Assembly: GCA_002269645.1 (NCBI GenBank)
Contig: NIVC01000121.1
Span: 434,001 to 498,000 of the forward strand
Length of the DNA: 64,000 nucleotides
Reading direction: 5' to 3'
Source: Macrostomum lignano
Taxonomy: Eukaryota
This document shows positions 1-11,945 of this stretch, piece by piece (the stretch's first letter is position 1; each line of letters starts with the position of its first letter). The translations under genes were made by a program, and so were the position numbers. The notes under the pieces were generated by a model, which saw nothing but the letters and a program-made list of their open reading frames with translations, was not told the origin of the DNA and ran no database searches.

Positions 1-152
1 ATGCACACGCTTTCTAAAAATAGCTCAATGCACACGCTTTCTAAAAATAGCTCAGCGTACACGCCTTCTAAAAATAGTACATTCTCAGGCACAACATAAA
101 TTTAGTTAACCTCAACAAAGCTAGATTTTTTTCTATTTTAAACTTCACACAG

Positions 153-830
153 AATGGCCAGTCGTCCACCTCAAGACTGGCGTTCTACAGCGGCCTCCTC
201 TGTGATCGTGGCGGACGCTGCCGTAACGCTGAAACTGGCCGACATTCCCAGAGCTAAGCGCCAATCGACCAGCTCTCACACTCCGGACACTTTAGCAAAA
301 CGGCTACAAAAACTTTTAGGCAGCGACGAATCCCCAGACAATGAAGTCGATGCTGTTATCAGCGCCTCAGACGATCAGAGCACCAGTTCGAGGGGACGGC
401 AACAGGACGAATCGTCAGTCGGCAGCGAATCCGAGGAAGTGACGGCACTGTCAGAATTTGCCGGAGCTTGCGTCGATTCCAGACGAGATATCATGTTTGC
501 ATCGACAGGCGAGCCCTGCCTATACGCTCTGTGGCTGCTCAGCCCTGTTCAGCCGCAGGGGGTTGCCAACGCTGCCGCCGGCGCCACCGCTGCACCTTCC
601 GTTGCGGCTTCTACCAACGCTGGAGCTGCAGAAGGCAACAACGAAGGCGCCGCTAATGTAGACCCCGACAAAGACTGGTGGTTGGAGGACGCTAAAATTG
701 ATTTAAGCGGCCCGCCGCCCTTAAAACCATTCGTGGCCGGCGCCATTGCCTGCGCTTCGACCAGCGCTAGGAAGCCCGGGTTCCTCTACGCTGTAGATCG
801 AAACGACTGCAGACGAGTTCTTGTGATCAG
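153..830 (+). CDS. Unknown protein, penultimate (or first) coding exon; nested antisense in sdk intron 13
   Basis: GC-rich 226-codon open frame; T-rich acceptor ttcacacag at 151-152 (ATG at 154 is also possible); strong donor AG|GTAAGG at 830/831. Confidence 0.65.
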
Positions 831-942
831 GTAAGGAAATTGCGGTCACAACAACCGCAACTAAGGTGATGTCAATCATTAGGGCCAACTACTCAAGCCA
901 TGCATATACATCTCACCCCCACCCCACCAACTCATGCCGCAG

Positions 943-1069
943 GTACACAGCCGAAGCATGCATTGGCGCTGTCGGCCCTGAGCAGGAACTGATGCCGCTC
1001 AGAGGCAGATCTAGCAACGTTCAAAAGGAGAGCATTCTCAGTTCGGCTGTGTCGATTCTGCCGTTTTAA
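943..1069 (+). CDS. Unknown protein, terminal coding exon
   Basis: Acceptor atgccgcag|G TAC is phase-2 compatible with the preceding donor, giving ..RRVLVIR-YTAEACIG..SILPF-stop (TAA 1067-1069). Confidence 0.6.
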
Positions 1070-1204
1070 ACACTGCTTGTTCACCTAAATAGGAGCTGCT
1101 GCTGACTCACCCGCCGTTCTTCTTTAACTGTCAGGACACTGTTGTTGTTTATCGTTCTCTCTAAATCCTTTGCTGCCTTGTAATCAATTCTATTTTACCT
1201 ATCA

Positions 1205-1690
<486 letters not shown>

Positions 1691-1809
1691 CCACTCAAAG
1701 AAGCTGTTAACCCAAAATTCATAAAAGGCAATATAATTTAAATGATAAGCGAAAAAACACAAGAAAAAAATAAACAGAAGCAGTTACACACATGAATGAT
1801 AACACTTAC

Positions 1810-2230
1810 CCAGCCGATACTTAGTAACATTTCCATTCGGTTCTAACGGCGCAGACCAGACCGCTTTAGCTTCAGTTGGTGTCAATTCAACAATTCTCAA
1901 GCCATCAACCGGCCCAGGCGGCCCGTCGCTAGTAACGACTCGAACCTCGGTCGAGTTCGGACCCTCGCCGGCCGGATTGAACGCGGCGGCGGCCACGCCG
2001 TAGACAGAGTAGAGCTTCAGCCTGTCTATGGCCGAGGCCGACTTGGCACCGGCCACGGCTACGCTGCCAGAGTCTGCCGAAGCTGCCGAGGCTGCTGCTC
2101 GTCTGCTGCGCGATGACGAATCATCCAGTGGCACCTCGCCTGGCGAGCCAAGGCGTCTGTAGTACAGTCTGTAGCCTAATAGTACACCGTTCTGCTGCTC
2201 CTTTGGGGGCGCAGTCCAGTTGCAGTAGAT
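1810..2230 (-). CDS. sdk: Sidekick-like exon 13 (FN3-11, first half FN3-12); gene continues beyond window start
   Basis: Acceptor tcgcag|ATC; IYCNWTAPPKEQQNGVLLGYRLYY..LKLYSVY..AFNPAGEGP; donor G|GTAAGT, phase 1. Rest of FN3-12, FN3-13, TM and tail not found in window. Confidence 0.9.
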
Positions 2231-2289
2231 CTGCGATGGTTGGGGCGCATTGAGAGCGCATTTGTAGGCTGGGTTCAATGATCACTCTC

Positions 2290-2760
2290 TTAGGGTGGTT
2301 TAGGGGCGATTCTTAGGTTAGTTTAGGGGCGATTCTTAGGGTAATTTAGGAGCAATTCTTAGAATAGTTTAGGGGCGATTTAAAGAATAGTAAAAGGGCG
2401 ATTTTAAGGGTAGTTTAGGGACGATTTGAAGGTATTTTAAGAGTGATTCTTAGGGTAGTTAAAGAGCGATTTATTGGGTTGTTTAGAGGCGACTTAAAGG
2501 ATAGTTTAGGGGCGATTATTAGAGCAGTTTACGGGGCGATTTTTGGGGTAGTTTCGGCAAGACTTTAAGGTAATTTAGAAGCGATTCTTAGGGTAGACGA
2601 GGGAAGATTTTTAGGCAATTCTTAGGGTAGTTTAGAGGCGAATACTGGGGTATTTTAGGGGCGAATCCTAGGGTAGTTTAGGGCAATCCTTAGGTGAGCT
2701 GACGGCGATTCTTGGGATCCTTTAAATCGACTCTAAAGCATTTAGAAGCGACTTTCTAGG
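2290..2760 (+). repeat. Degenerate 23-bp minisatellite (TTAGGGTAGTTTAGGGGCGATTC)
   Basis: About 20 diverged units in sdk intron 12. Confidence 0.85.
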
Positions 2761-2849
2761 CACTCTACTAAGGCCCGTTACTAAACCTGTAGGGATATTT
2801 CTCACAAATGATCCTCAGGGCAGATTTGAAACAGAGACTTTATTCTCAC

Positions 2850-3485
2850 CTGAGCGCCACCCGAAGCGATGCAGCGCAGCTTACTAGGCGCTGCTGTTGG
2901 CACAGCCTCTCCAACGTAGACCAGTCTAAGCCGACTGGCTCTTGAAGCCGCACCGTAGGCGCTGATAGCCAGCAGTGAAACTTCATAATAAACGCCTCGA
3001 GTTAAATTACCAACTAGAGCCACGTTCGAGCTGGGATCCGGCACATCCGCGGTGACTGGCAGGCCGGAGTCTCCCGATCGAGGAGTGAACAGCACTCGAA
3101 TCTGCCTAGCAACTCCGGCTGGACAGTTGAGACCGCAACGCCAGCTAGCTAGGGGCATTGGCGTCCACTCTACTCTAACAGTTGTTGGGTCCAGCGGGGT
3201 CAGGCGGTCAATCTCTGGCGAAGAGACTGGGCCGCTAGGTTTGGTCCAGCTAGCATTGGTTGGCTTGGACCAATCGCTTGGTCCGATGTCGTTAGTGGCT
3301 CGAACTTGGAATGAATAACTGTAGGAAGGCAGCAAGCCTGCGACAGTGGCCGATGTGCCCGATGCAGCCGGTCTGTCTATTGTCCAATTGTTAGCTGAGC
3401 TGATCACTAGCAGTGTGTAGTTCCGTATGGGACTGTAGCCTGTGCCCTTCGGTGTCCAGCTAATGTCAATGGATGTGGCTGTCAC
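2850..3485 (-). CDS. sdk: Sidekick-like exon 12 (FN3-9, FN3-10, start FN3-11)
   Basis: Acceptor caacag|GTG; IDISW..LLPSYSYSFQVRATNDIGPS; donor CAG|GTGAGA; 636 nt, phase 0/0. Confidence 0.92.
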
Positions 3486-3558
3486 CTGTTGGGTGATATG
3501 TGTTGAAATATTAATATTTGCTCCTTGTTGTTAACCGCTTCTTTAAGGGTAAGTCATA

Positions 3559-3990
3559 TTGTCACTCCTTGAAGCGACACTGTCACTCACTGAAGCGACA
3601 CTGTCACTCTTTGAAGCGACACTGTCACTCTTTGAAGCGGCACTATCACTCTATAAAGCGACACTGTCACTCCTTAAAGCGACACTGTCACTCTTTGAAG
3701 CGACACAGTCACTCTTTGAAGCGACACTGTCACTCATTAAAGCGACATTGTCACTCTTTCAAAAGACGCTGTCACTCTTTGAAGCAACACTGTCACTCTT
3801 TGAAGCGACACTGTCACTCATTGAAGCGACACTGTCACTCCTTCAAAAGACACTCACTAATTGAAGCGACACTGTCACTCCTTCAAAAGACACTCACTAA
3901 TTGAAGCGAAACTGTCACTCCTTCAAAAGACACTGTCACTCTTTGAAGCGACATTGTCACCTTCTCTTTAAAGCAACTCTGTCACTCCCT
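3559..3990. repeat. 21-bp minisatellite (TGTCACTCTTTGAAGCGACAC)
   Basis: About 20 units in sdk intron 11; source of the HCHSLKR repeat ORF. Confidence 0.9.
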
Positions 3991-4120
3991 CTTTGAATAA
4001 AATACGGTCACTCCCAAAGCTACATGTTTACGACAGCTTATCTGCAAGGTCAGTTCTTCAAGGGACAAAAGTACTACCAAAACGATAACCAGATATAAAA
4101 GTTAATGAAAAAACGCTTAC

Positions 4121-5290
4121 CGCACTACTAATGATGAGCGGAACAGACGGAGCTTCCGGCCTGGTCCTGGCTGCATAGACCTGCACGCTAGCGTTAGCAT
4201 AGGGACCGACACCCTTGGCATTGACTGCGGCCAACTGCAGCAGGTACTGCGCCTCAGATACTAATCCAGTTAGTAAGCGATTCAGCTGGCTACCCGGTAC
4301 GGACACTTCAACGAAAGTGACTCCGCCGCTACCGCCGGCAGACGGTTCTACGCCGTATTTCAATCTCCAACTACTAATAGTAGACGAGCCGGGATATCTG
4401 GGCGGCAGCCATGCGACTAAGACGCTATCGGAGGTCACCTGAGGACAATAAACTAAGCGCGGCGGGTCGGCTGGAGCGGATTCTTCGGTAACAACAAGCA
4501 GAGGCGAGCTGGTTGACGGACCTTCACCCTGGCGTGTACTGGCCGACACAGTGAATGCATACTGCGTGAACGGCATGAGGTTCACTACGTTCTCCGAAAA
4601 TGAATTACCAACAGCAGACGATGGAGACACGCGCATCGAGCCGTTAGCAATAGAAGTATCGCTTGTACTTTGATTCCATCGAACAGTGTAGAACAATATG
4701 ACACCGCTGGCTTGTTCAACCGTCAACGCATCGAATACAAGGCCGACAGTGCTGGCGCTCTTGCTTCTCAAAGCCAGATTGCTTGGTGCAGCTGAAGGCG
4801 TGGCGTCCCAAGTGGTGGCGAAGACGCTGGATGTGACAGCCGACCCAGCGGGGTTCCTAGCGGTCATCTGGACCTCGTATTTAGTATTGGCTATAAGCCC
4901 GTCTAACAAGCGATAGCTGGATCCAGGATCTGTCACTGAAACCTCGGTGAAGTCAGTTGTTGAATTCTGCTGACGTCTGTAGCGAATTGAGTAGCCCTGC
5001 GCGTTGCCGTTCCACTGACCGGCCTCCAGCGGCATCCAACGCACGCTGAGCGACCGCGAGTCCACAACTCGAACGGTGAGGTTGGCTGGCGCCGACGCGG
5101 GAGCGGCCTGCTTGGTTTCAAACCAGTTGCTAGGCAGAGAGACATTCGATAGGCCGCGAATGTTTTGAGCTGTTAGTCGGATCCGGTATCGAGTGAAGGG
5201 CTGCAGACCCGTGATTGTCAGTTGGTTGGTAGTGAAAACTGAGCCGGGTATGCTGGCTAGGCGTTGCCATGGTGACGCTTCGCTTTGCAC
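4121..5290 (-). CDS. sdk: Sidekick-like exon 11 (end FN3-5, FN3-6 to -8, start FN3-9)
   Basis: Acceptor cgtcag|GTG; repeated FN3 motifs (LQPFTRYRIRL, VRWMPL..WNG, LMPFTQYAFTV); donor GCG|GTAAGC; 1170 nt, phase 0/0. Confidence 0.92.
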
Positions 5291-5384
5291 CTGACGGGTG
5301 AGTGATGAAATTTTGATAGGCTATCTTAACTTTAGTAGTTTGCTAATGCGCTAGTTTTTATTAAGAGGTAATTAGGAGATAATT

Positions 5385-6067
5385 AAAATCGCCCCTAAAC
5401 TACCATAAGAATCGCCCCTAAACTACCCCAAGAATCGCCCCTAAACTACCCCAAGAATCGCCCCTAAACTACCCCAAGAATCGCCCCTAAACTACCCCAA
5501 GAATCGCCCCTAAACTACCCTAAGAATCGCCCCTAAACTACCCCAAGAATCGCCCCTAAACTACCCCAAGAATTGCCCCTAAACTACCCCAACAATCGCC
5601 TCTAAACTACCCTAAGAATCGCCCCTAAACTACCCCAAGAATCGTCCCTAAACTAACCTAAGAATTGCCTCTAAACTACCCTAAGAATCGCCCCTAAACT
5701 ACCCCAAGAATCGCCCCTAAACTACCCCAAGAATTGCCCCTAAACTACCCCAACAATCGCCTCTAAACTACCCTAAGAATCGCCCCTAAACTACCCCAAG
5801 AATCGTCCCTAAGCTAACCTAAGAATTGCCTCTAAACTACCCTAAGAATTGCCCCTAAACTACCCTAAGAATCGCCCCTAAACTACCCTAAGAATCGCCC
5901 CTAAACTACCCCAAGAATCGTCCTTAAACTACCCCAAGAATCGCCCCTAAACTACCCCAAGAATCGTCCCTAAACTACCCCAAGAATCGCCCCTAAACTA
6001 CCCCAAGAATCGCCCCTAAACTACCCCAAGAATCGCCCCTAAACTACCCCAAGAATCGCCCCTAAAC
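5385..6067 (-). repeat. 23-bp minisatellite (AAGAATCGCCCCTAAACTACCCC), reverse complement of the 2290-2760 unit
   Basis: About 29 homogeneous units in sdk intron 10. Confidence 0.92.
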
Positions 6068-6122
6068 GAACCTAAGAGACAAATCGATACACAAAAAGAA
6101 AATCCAAAAATCTCAAATCTAC

Positions 6123-6512
6123 CTGAGCATCAACAAGCCAAGCAGAAATTGACGCCTTGCCATCGTAGCCCGGAATGAACTGAACCAGCGCAGTGGTGGC
6201 TTCAATACTGGACACTGTCAGCATGGTGGGCGGCTGCGGCAGTTCAGGCGGCACGCCGGTCACCAGGGTCTCAATCCTGGCCGGGCCCCAGCCGATCGCG
6301 GTTGACGCAGAGACGCCAATTTCGTAGCGAGTTTGATGAACCAAATCTGCGATTAGATGGCCAGTGGCATTGGCTCCTAGAGGCACGGTGGTATTGCTGA
6401 CAGCTGCGGCAGATGAGCTTCCGCCAGTAGCATTCAGCACCGGCTTGTACCACACTAAATAACCCGTGATGATTCCGTTCTTATCAGCGGGAGGGCGCCA
6501 CGACAGACGAAC
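6123..6512 (-). CDS. sdk: Sidekick-like exon 10 (FN3-4, start FN3-5)
   Basis: Acceptor cttcag|GTT; VRLSWRPPADKNGIITGYLVWY..YEIGVSASTAIGWGP; donor CAG|GTAGAT; 390 nt, phase 0/0. Confidence 0.9.
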
Positions 6513-6522
6513 CTGAAGTTTT

Positions 6523-8190
<1,668 letters not shown>

Positions 8191-8206
8191 GAATGGTATT
8201 ACTCAC

Positions 8207-8680
8207 CTGAGTATCCACAATATCGCTCAGGGCGAAGTCCACCACGGGACCAGGCACATCCTGCAGAGTAGAGACAGTCACAGGAACAGACAATGGCCCC
8301 CTGCCAGCGCTGGTGAAACAAGCCACAGTCAAACTATACTCAGTGTACTTTGACAGACCGCCAACGGTCAAGTCAGTTAGTCGAGCCGTTGGTCCTTTGC
8401 TCGAATCGTAGGGAATAACAGTTTCTTTTGAGCTAGGACTAGGACAGGTGCCAATGCAGGTAGCAGCAATGATGTAGCCCAAGTTAATACCGTTAATCTG
8501 GTTGGCGCTGGGCTGATTGAATGCCACCTGAAGCTGGGTGCTTGAGATCGCTGCCGCGGACACGCTGCTGGGCCTGTCCGTGGGCACGCCCTCCGCTGTG
8601 GTCTCGCGTTTCGCATTGGAGAACACGCCAACCCCCATGGCATTGTAGGCTGCGATGCGGACCTCGTATTCGGTGAATAC
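8207..8680 (-). CDS. sdk: Sidekick-like exon 9 (end FN3-2, FN3-3, start FN3-4)
   Basis: Acceptor ttgcag|GTA; VFTEYEVRIAAYNAMGVG..LSKYTEYSLTVACFTSAGRGP; donor CAG|GTGAGT; 474 nt, phase 0/0. Confidence 0.9.
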
Positions 8681-8804
8681 CTGCAAATAGGGTTTGTTGG
8701 AATTTCAACTTTATTCTTATTTTGTTTATTCAACTACGGATTGAGATTGAGATGAGTGCGATGTGATAGACTGTGATAGAGATGGACAAAAAATTTATCA
8801 ACGA

Positions 8805-9748
8805 GTCCATGAGTTCATGAGTGAGTTCCTGAGTGAGTTCATGAGTGAGTTCATGAGTGAGTTCCTGAGTGAGTTCATGAGTGAGGTCATGAATGAGGTC
8901 ATGAGTGAATTCGTGAGTGAGTTCATGAGTGAGTCATGAGTAAGTTCATGAGTGAGTTCGAGGGTAAGTTCATGAGCGAGTTTTTAAGTGAGTTTATGAG
9001 TTCCTGGTTCATGAGTGAGGTCATGAGTGAGTTCGAGGGTAAGTTCATGAGCGAGTTTTTAAGTGAGTTTATGAGTTCCTGGTTCATGAGTGAGGTCATG
9101 AGTGAGTTCCTGAGTGAGTTCATGAGTGAGTTCGAGGGTAAGTTCATGAGCGAGTTTTTAAGTGAGTTTATGAGTTCCTGGTTCATGAGTGAGGTCATGA
9201 GTGAGTTCCTGAGTGAGTTCATGAGTGAGTTCGAGGGTAAGTTCATGAGCGAGTTTATAAGTGACTTTATGAGTTCCTGGTTCATGAGTGAGGTCATGAG
9301 TGAATTCATGAGTGAGTTCATGAGCGAGTTTATAAGTGAGTTTATGAGTTCCTGGTTCATGAGTGAGTTTATGAGTGAGTTCATGAGTGAGTTTATGAGT
9401 GAGTTCATGAGTGAGTCATGAGGGAGGTCATGAGTGAGTTCATGAGTGAGGTCATGAGTGAGTCATGAGTGAGTTAATGAGTGAGGTCATGAATGAGGTC
9501 ATGAGTGAATTCGTGAGTGATTTCATGAGTGAGTTCATGAGTGAGGTCATGAGTGAGGTCATGAGTGAATTCATGAGTGAGTTCAAGGGTAAGTTCATGA
9601 GCGAGTTTATAAGTGAGTTTATGAGTTCCTGGTTCATTAGTGAGTTCATGAGTGAGTTCATGAGTGAGTTCATGAGTGAGTTCATGAGTGAGTTCATGAG
9701 TGAGTTCATGAGTGAGTTCATGAGTGAGTTCATGAGTGAGTTCATGAG
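8805..9748. repeat. 12-bp minisatellite (CATGAGTGAGTT) with higher-order variants
   Basis: Direct inspection; sdk intron 8. Confidence 0.92.
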
Positions 9749-9770
9749 CAATTTTAATTGCAAAACCAAC

Positions 9771-9976
9771 CTGCAGCGAGGTGAGCACAGCTTGAGTAGC
9801 TGTAGCATCAGTTACACTGACATTCTTCAATACCGGATAGCCGACGATATTGTACTGAATAACATAGCCAAATAGTTTGCCATTTTGGAATTGCAGCTCT
9901 GGCGCACGCCAGGACACTGCCAGGCTGGTGTTTGACCTCTGACTGACGAACAGACTCTGCGGCGGTCCAGACGGAG
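9771..9976 (-). CDS. sdk: Sidekick-like exon 8 (FN3-2, N-part)
   Basis: Acceptor tttccag|CT, phase 1; PPSGPPQSL..LAVSWRAPELQFQNGKLFGYVIQY; donor CAG|GTTGGT, phase 0. Confidence 0.88.
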
Positions 9977-10101
9977 CTGGAAATAGGGGATAGGAAATGA
10001 TATCTCTAGGCTTATTTAATTTATTGTTGTTAAACTATGGTGAGGTTAGGGCTCTGCTGCAGTGTATAGGGTGGGGACTAATGGTTGGATACCTTCTAGG
10101 G

Positions 10102-10120
10102 CAGGGGGTTGGCAAACTCC
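10102..10120. mobile_element. Isolated hAT-type TIR
   Basis: CAGGGGGTTGGCAAACT resembles the 46999 TIR; no partner TIR found. Confidence 0.3.
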
Positions 10121-10249
10121 CGCCGGCTAGGCCTCTCTATCCTTTGAAAACTTCAGTGGCTCTTCACTGTGTCTTACATTCACAATAGCAATCCGTTCAA
10201 GGTTTGCGTCTCTTCTCAGATATTTTCTCTTGTATCTCCTTCCTCTTTT

Positions 10250-11545
10250 ATCTTCTCTTCTCTTCTCTTCTCTTCTCTTCTCTTCTCTTCTCTTCTCTTC
10301 TCTTCTCTTCTCTTCTCTTCTCTTCTCTTCTCTTCTCTTCTCTTCTCTTCTCTTCTTTTCTCTTTTCTCTTATTTTCCTCTCTTCTCTTCTCTTCTCTTC
10401 TCTTCTCTTCTCTTCCCTTCTCTTCTCTTCTTTTCTCTTTTCTCTTATTTTCCTCTCTTCTCTTCTCTTCTCTTCTCTTCTCTTCTCTTCTCTTTTCTCT
10501 TCTTTTCCTCTCTTCTCTTCCCTTCTCTTCTCTTCTCTTCTCCTCTCTTCTCTTTTCTCTTATTTTCCTCTCTTCTCTTCTCTTCTCTTCTCTTCTCTTC
10601 TCTTCTCTTTTCTCTTCTTTTCTCTTTTCTCTTATTTTCCTCTCTTCTCTTCTCTTCTCTTCTCTTCTCTTCTCTTCTCTTCTCTTCCCTTCTCTTCTCT
10701 TCTTTTCTCTTTTCTCTTATTTTCCTCTCTTCTCTTCTCTTCTCTTCTCTTCTCTTCTCTTTTCTCTTCTTTTCCTCTCTTCTCTTCTCCTCTCTTCTCT
10801 TTTCTCTTATTTTCCTCTCTTCTCTTCTCTTCTCTTCTCTTCTCTTCTTTTCTCTTTTCTCTTATTTTCCTCTCTTCTCTTCTCTTCTCTTCTCTTCTCT
10901 TCTCTTTCTCTCTCTCTTCTTCTTCTCTTCTCTTCTCTTCTCTCTCTTCTCTTTTCTCTTCTTTTCTCTCTTCTCTCTCTCTTTCTCTTTCTCTTTTCTC
11001 TTATTTCCTCTCTTCTCTTCTCTTCTCTTCTCTTCTCTTCTCTTCTCTTCTCTTCTCTTCTCTTCTCTTCTCTTCTCTTCTCTTCTCTTCTCCTTCTCTT
11101 CTCTTCTCTTCTCTTCTCTTCTCTTTTCTCTTCTTTTCCTCTCTTCTCTTCTCTTCTCTTCTCTTCTCTTCTCTTTTCTCTTCTTTTCCTCTCTTCTCTT
11201 CCCTTCTCTTCTCTTCTCTTCTCCTCTCTTTTCTCTTCTTTTCCTCTCTTCTCTTCTCTTCTTTTCCTCTCTTCTCTTTTCTCTTCTCTTCTCTTCTCTC
11301 TTTCTTCTCTTCTCTTCTCCTCTCTTCTCTTCTCTTCTTTTCTTCTCTTCTCTTTTCTCTTCTTTTCCTCTATTCTCTTCTCTTCTTTTCCTCTCTTCTC
11401 TTCTCCTCTCTTCTCTTCTCTTCTCTTCTCTTCTCTTTTCTCTTCTTTTCCTCTCTTGTCTTCTCTTCTCTTGTCTTCTCTTCTCTTCTCTCTTCCCTTC
11501 TTTTACTTTTTTTCTCCTTTTCTCTCTTCTCTCCTCTTCTCTATT
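10250..11545. repeat. (TCTTC)n degenerate microsatellite
   Basis: Direct inspection. Confidence 0.95.
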
Positions 11546-11781
11546 CTCTCAAAAGCACTACTACTACTATTTTATATTAAGTAGTAAAACAAGCAATAAC
11601 CGTAAAAAATGACTGTTTTTGTAAAGAAAACTAGAGTATACTGATACAGTATACAGTGCTGTACACTTAGCTCAAAGCATCTCGCTCTTTCAAATGTACA
11701 CTCACCAATCTCTCCCCACACTGTCCATGTCTCTCTCCCCTTCGACCAAAAAGTTTCTCTGCCCCAGTAAAGCTTCTCGCG

Positions 11782-11795
11782 GTTGTCATGGCAAC
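11782..11795. promoter_or_regulatory. RFX X-box motif upstream of nested gene
   Basis: GTTGTCATGGCAAC, one mismatch from the palindromic X-box GTTGCCATGGCAAC, inside a 20-bp near-palindrome (11779-11798), about 150 bp upstream of ATG 11946. Confidence 0.6.
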
Positions 11796-11945
11796 CGCAC
11801 ACAGCTGTCTGCCTCTCTCTCTATGTGTCTCTGCCTCTGCATGCCTTAAATCTTCATAACTGAGACACGATAAAGCATAGGGTAAATTTTCTGCCGATCC
11901 AAGATTCCATTTTTTTCAAACAAACAGGCGAGTCAAGTAGGACAA

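Noticed and set aside
5262-5279. X-box-like palindrome GTTGCCATGGTGAC
   Set aside because: It lies inside sdk exon 11 (encodes ASPWQR) with no nearby TSS. It also shows that such motifs can arise by chance, which tempers the 11782 call.
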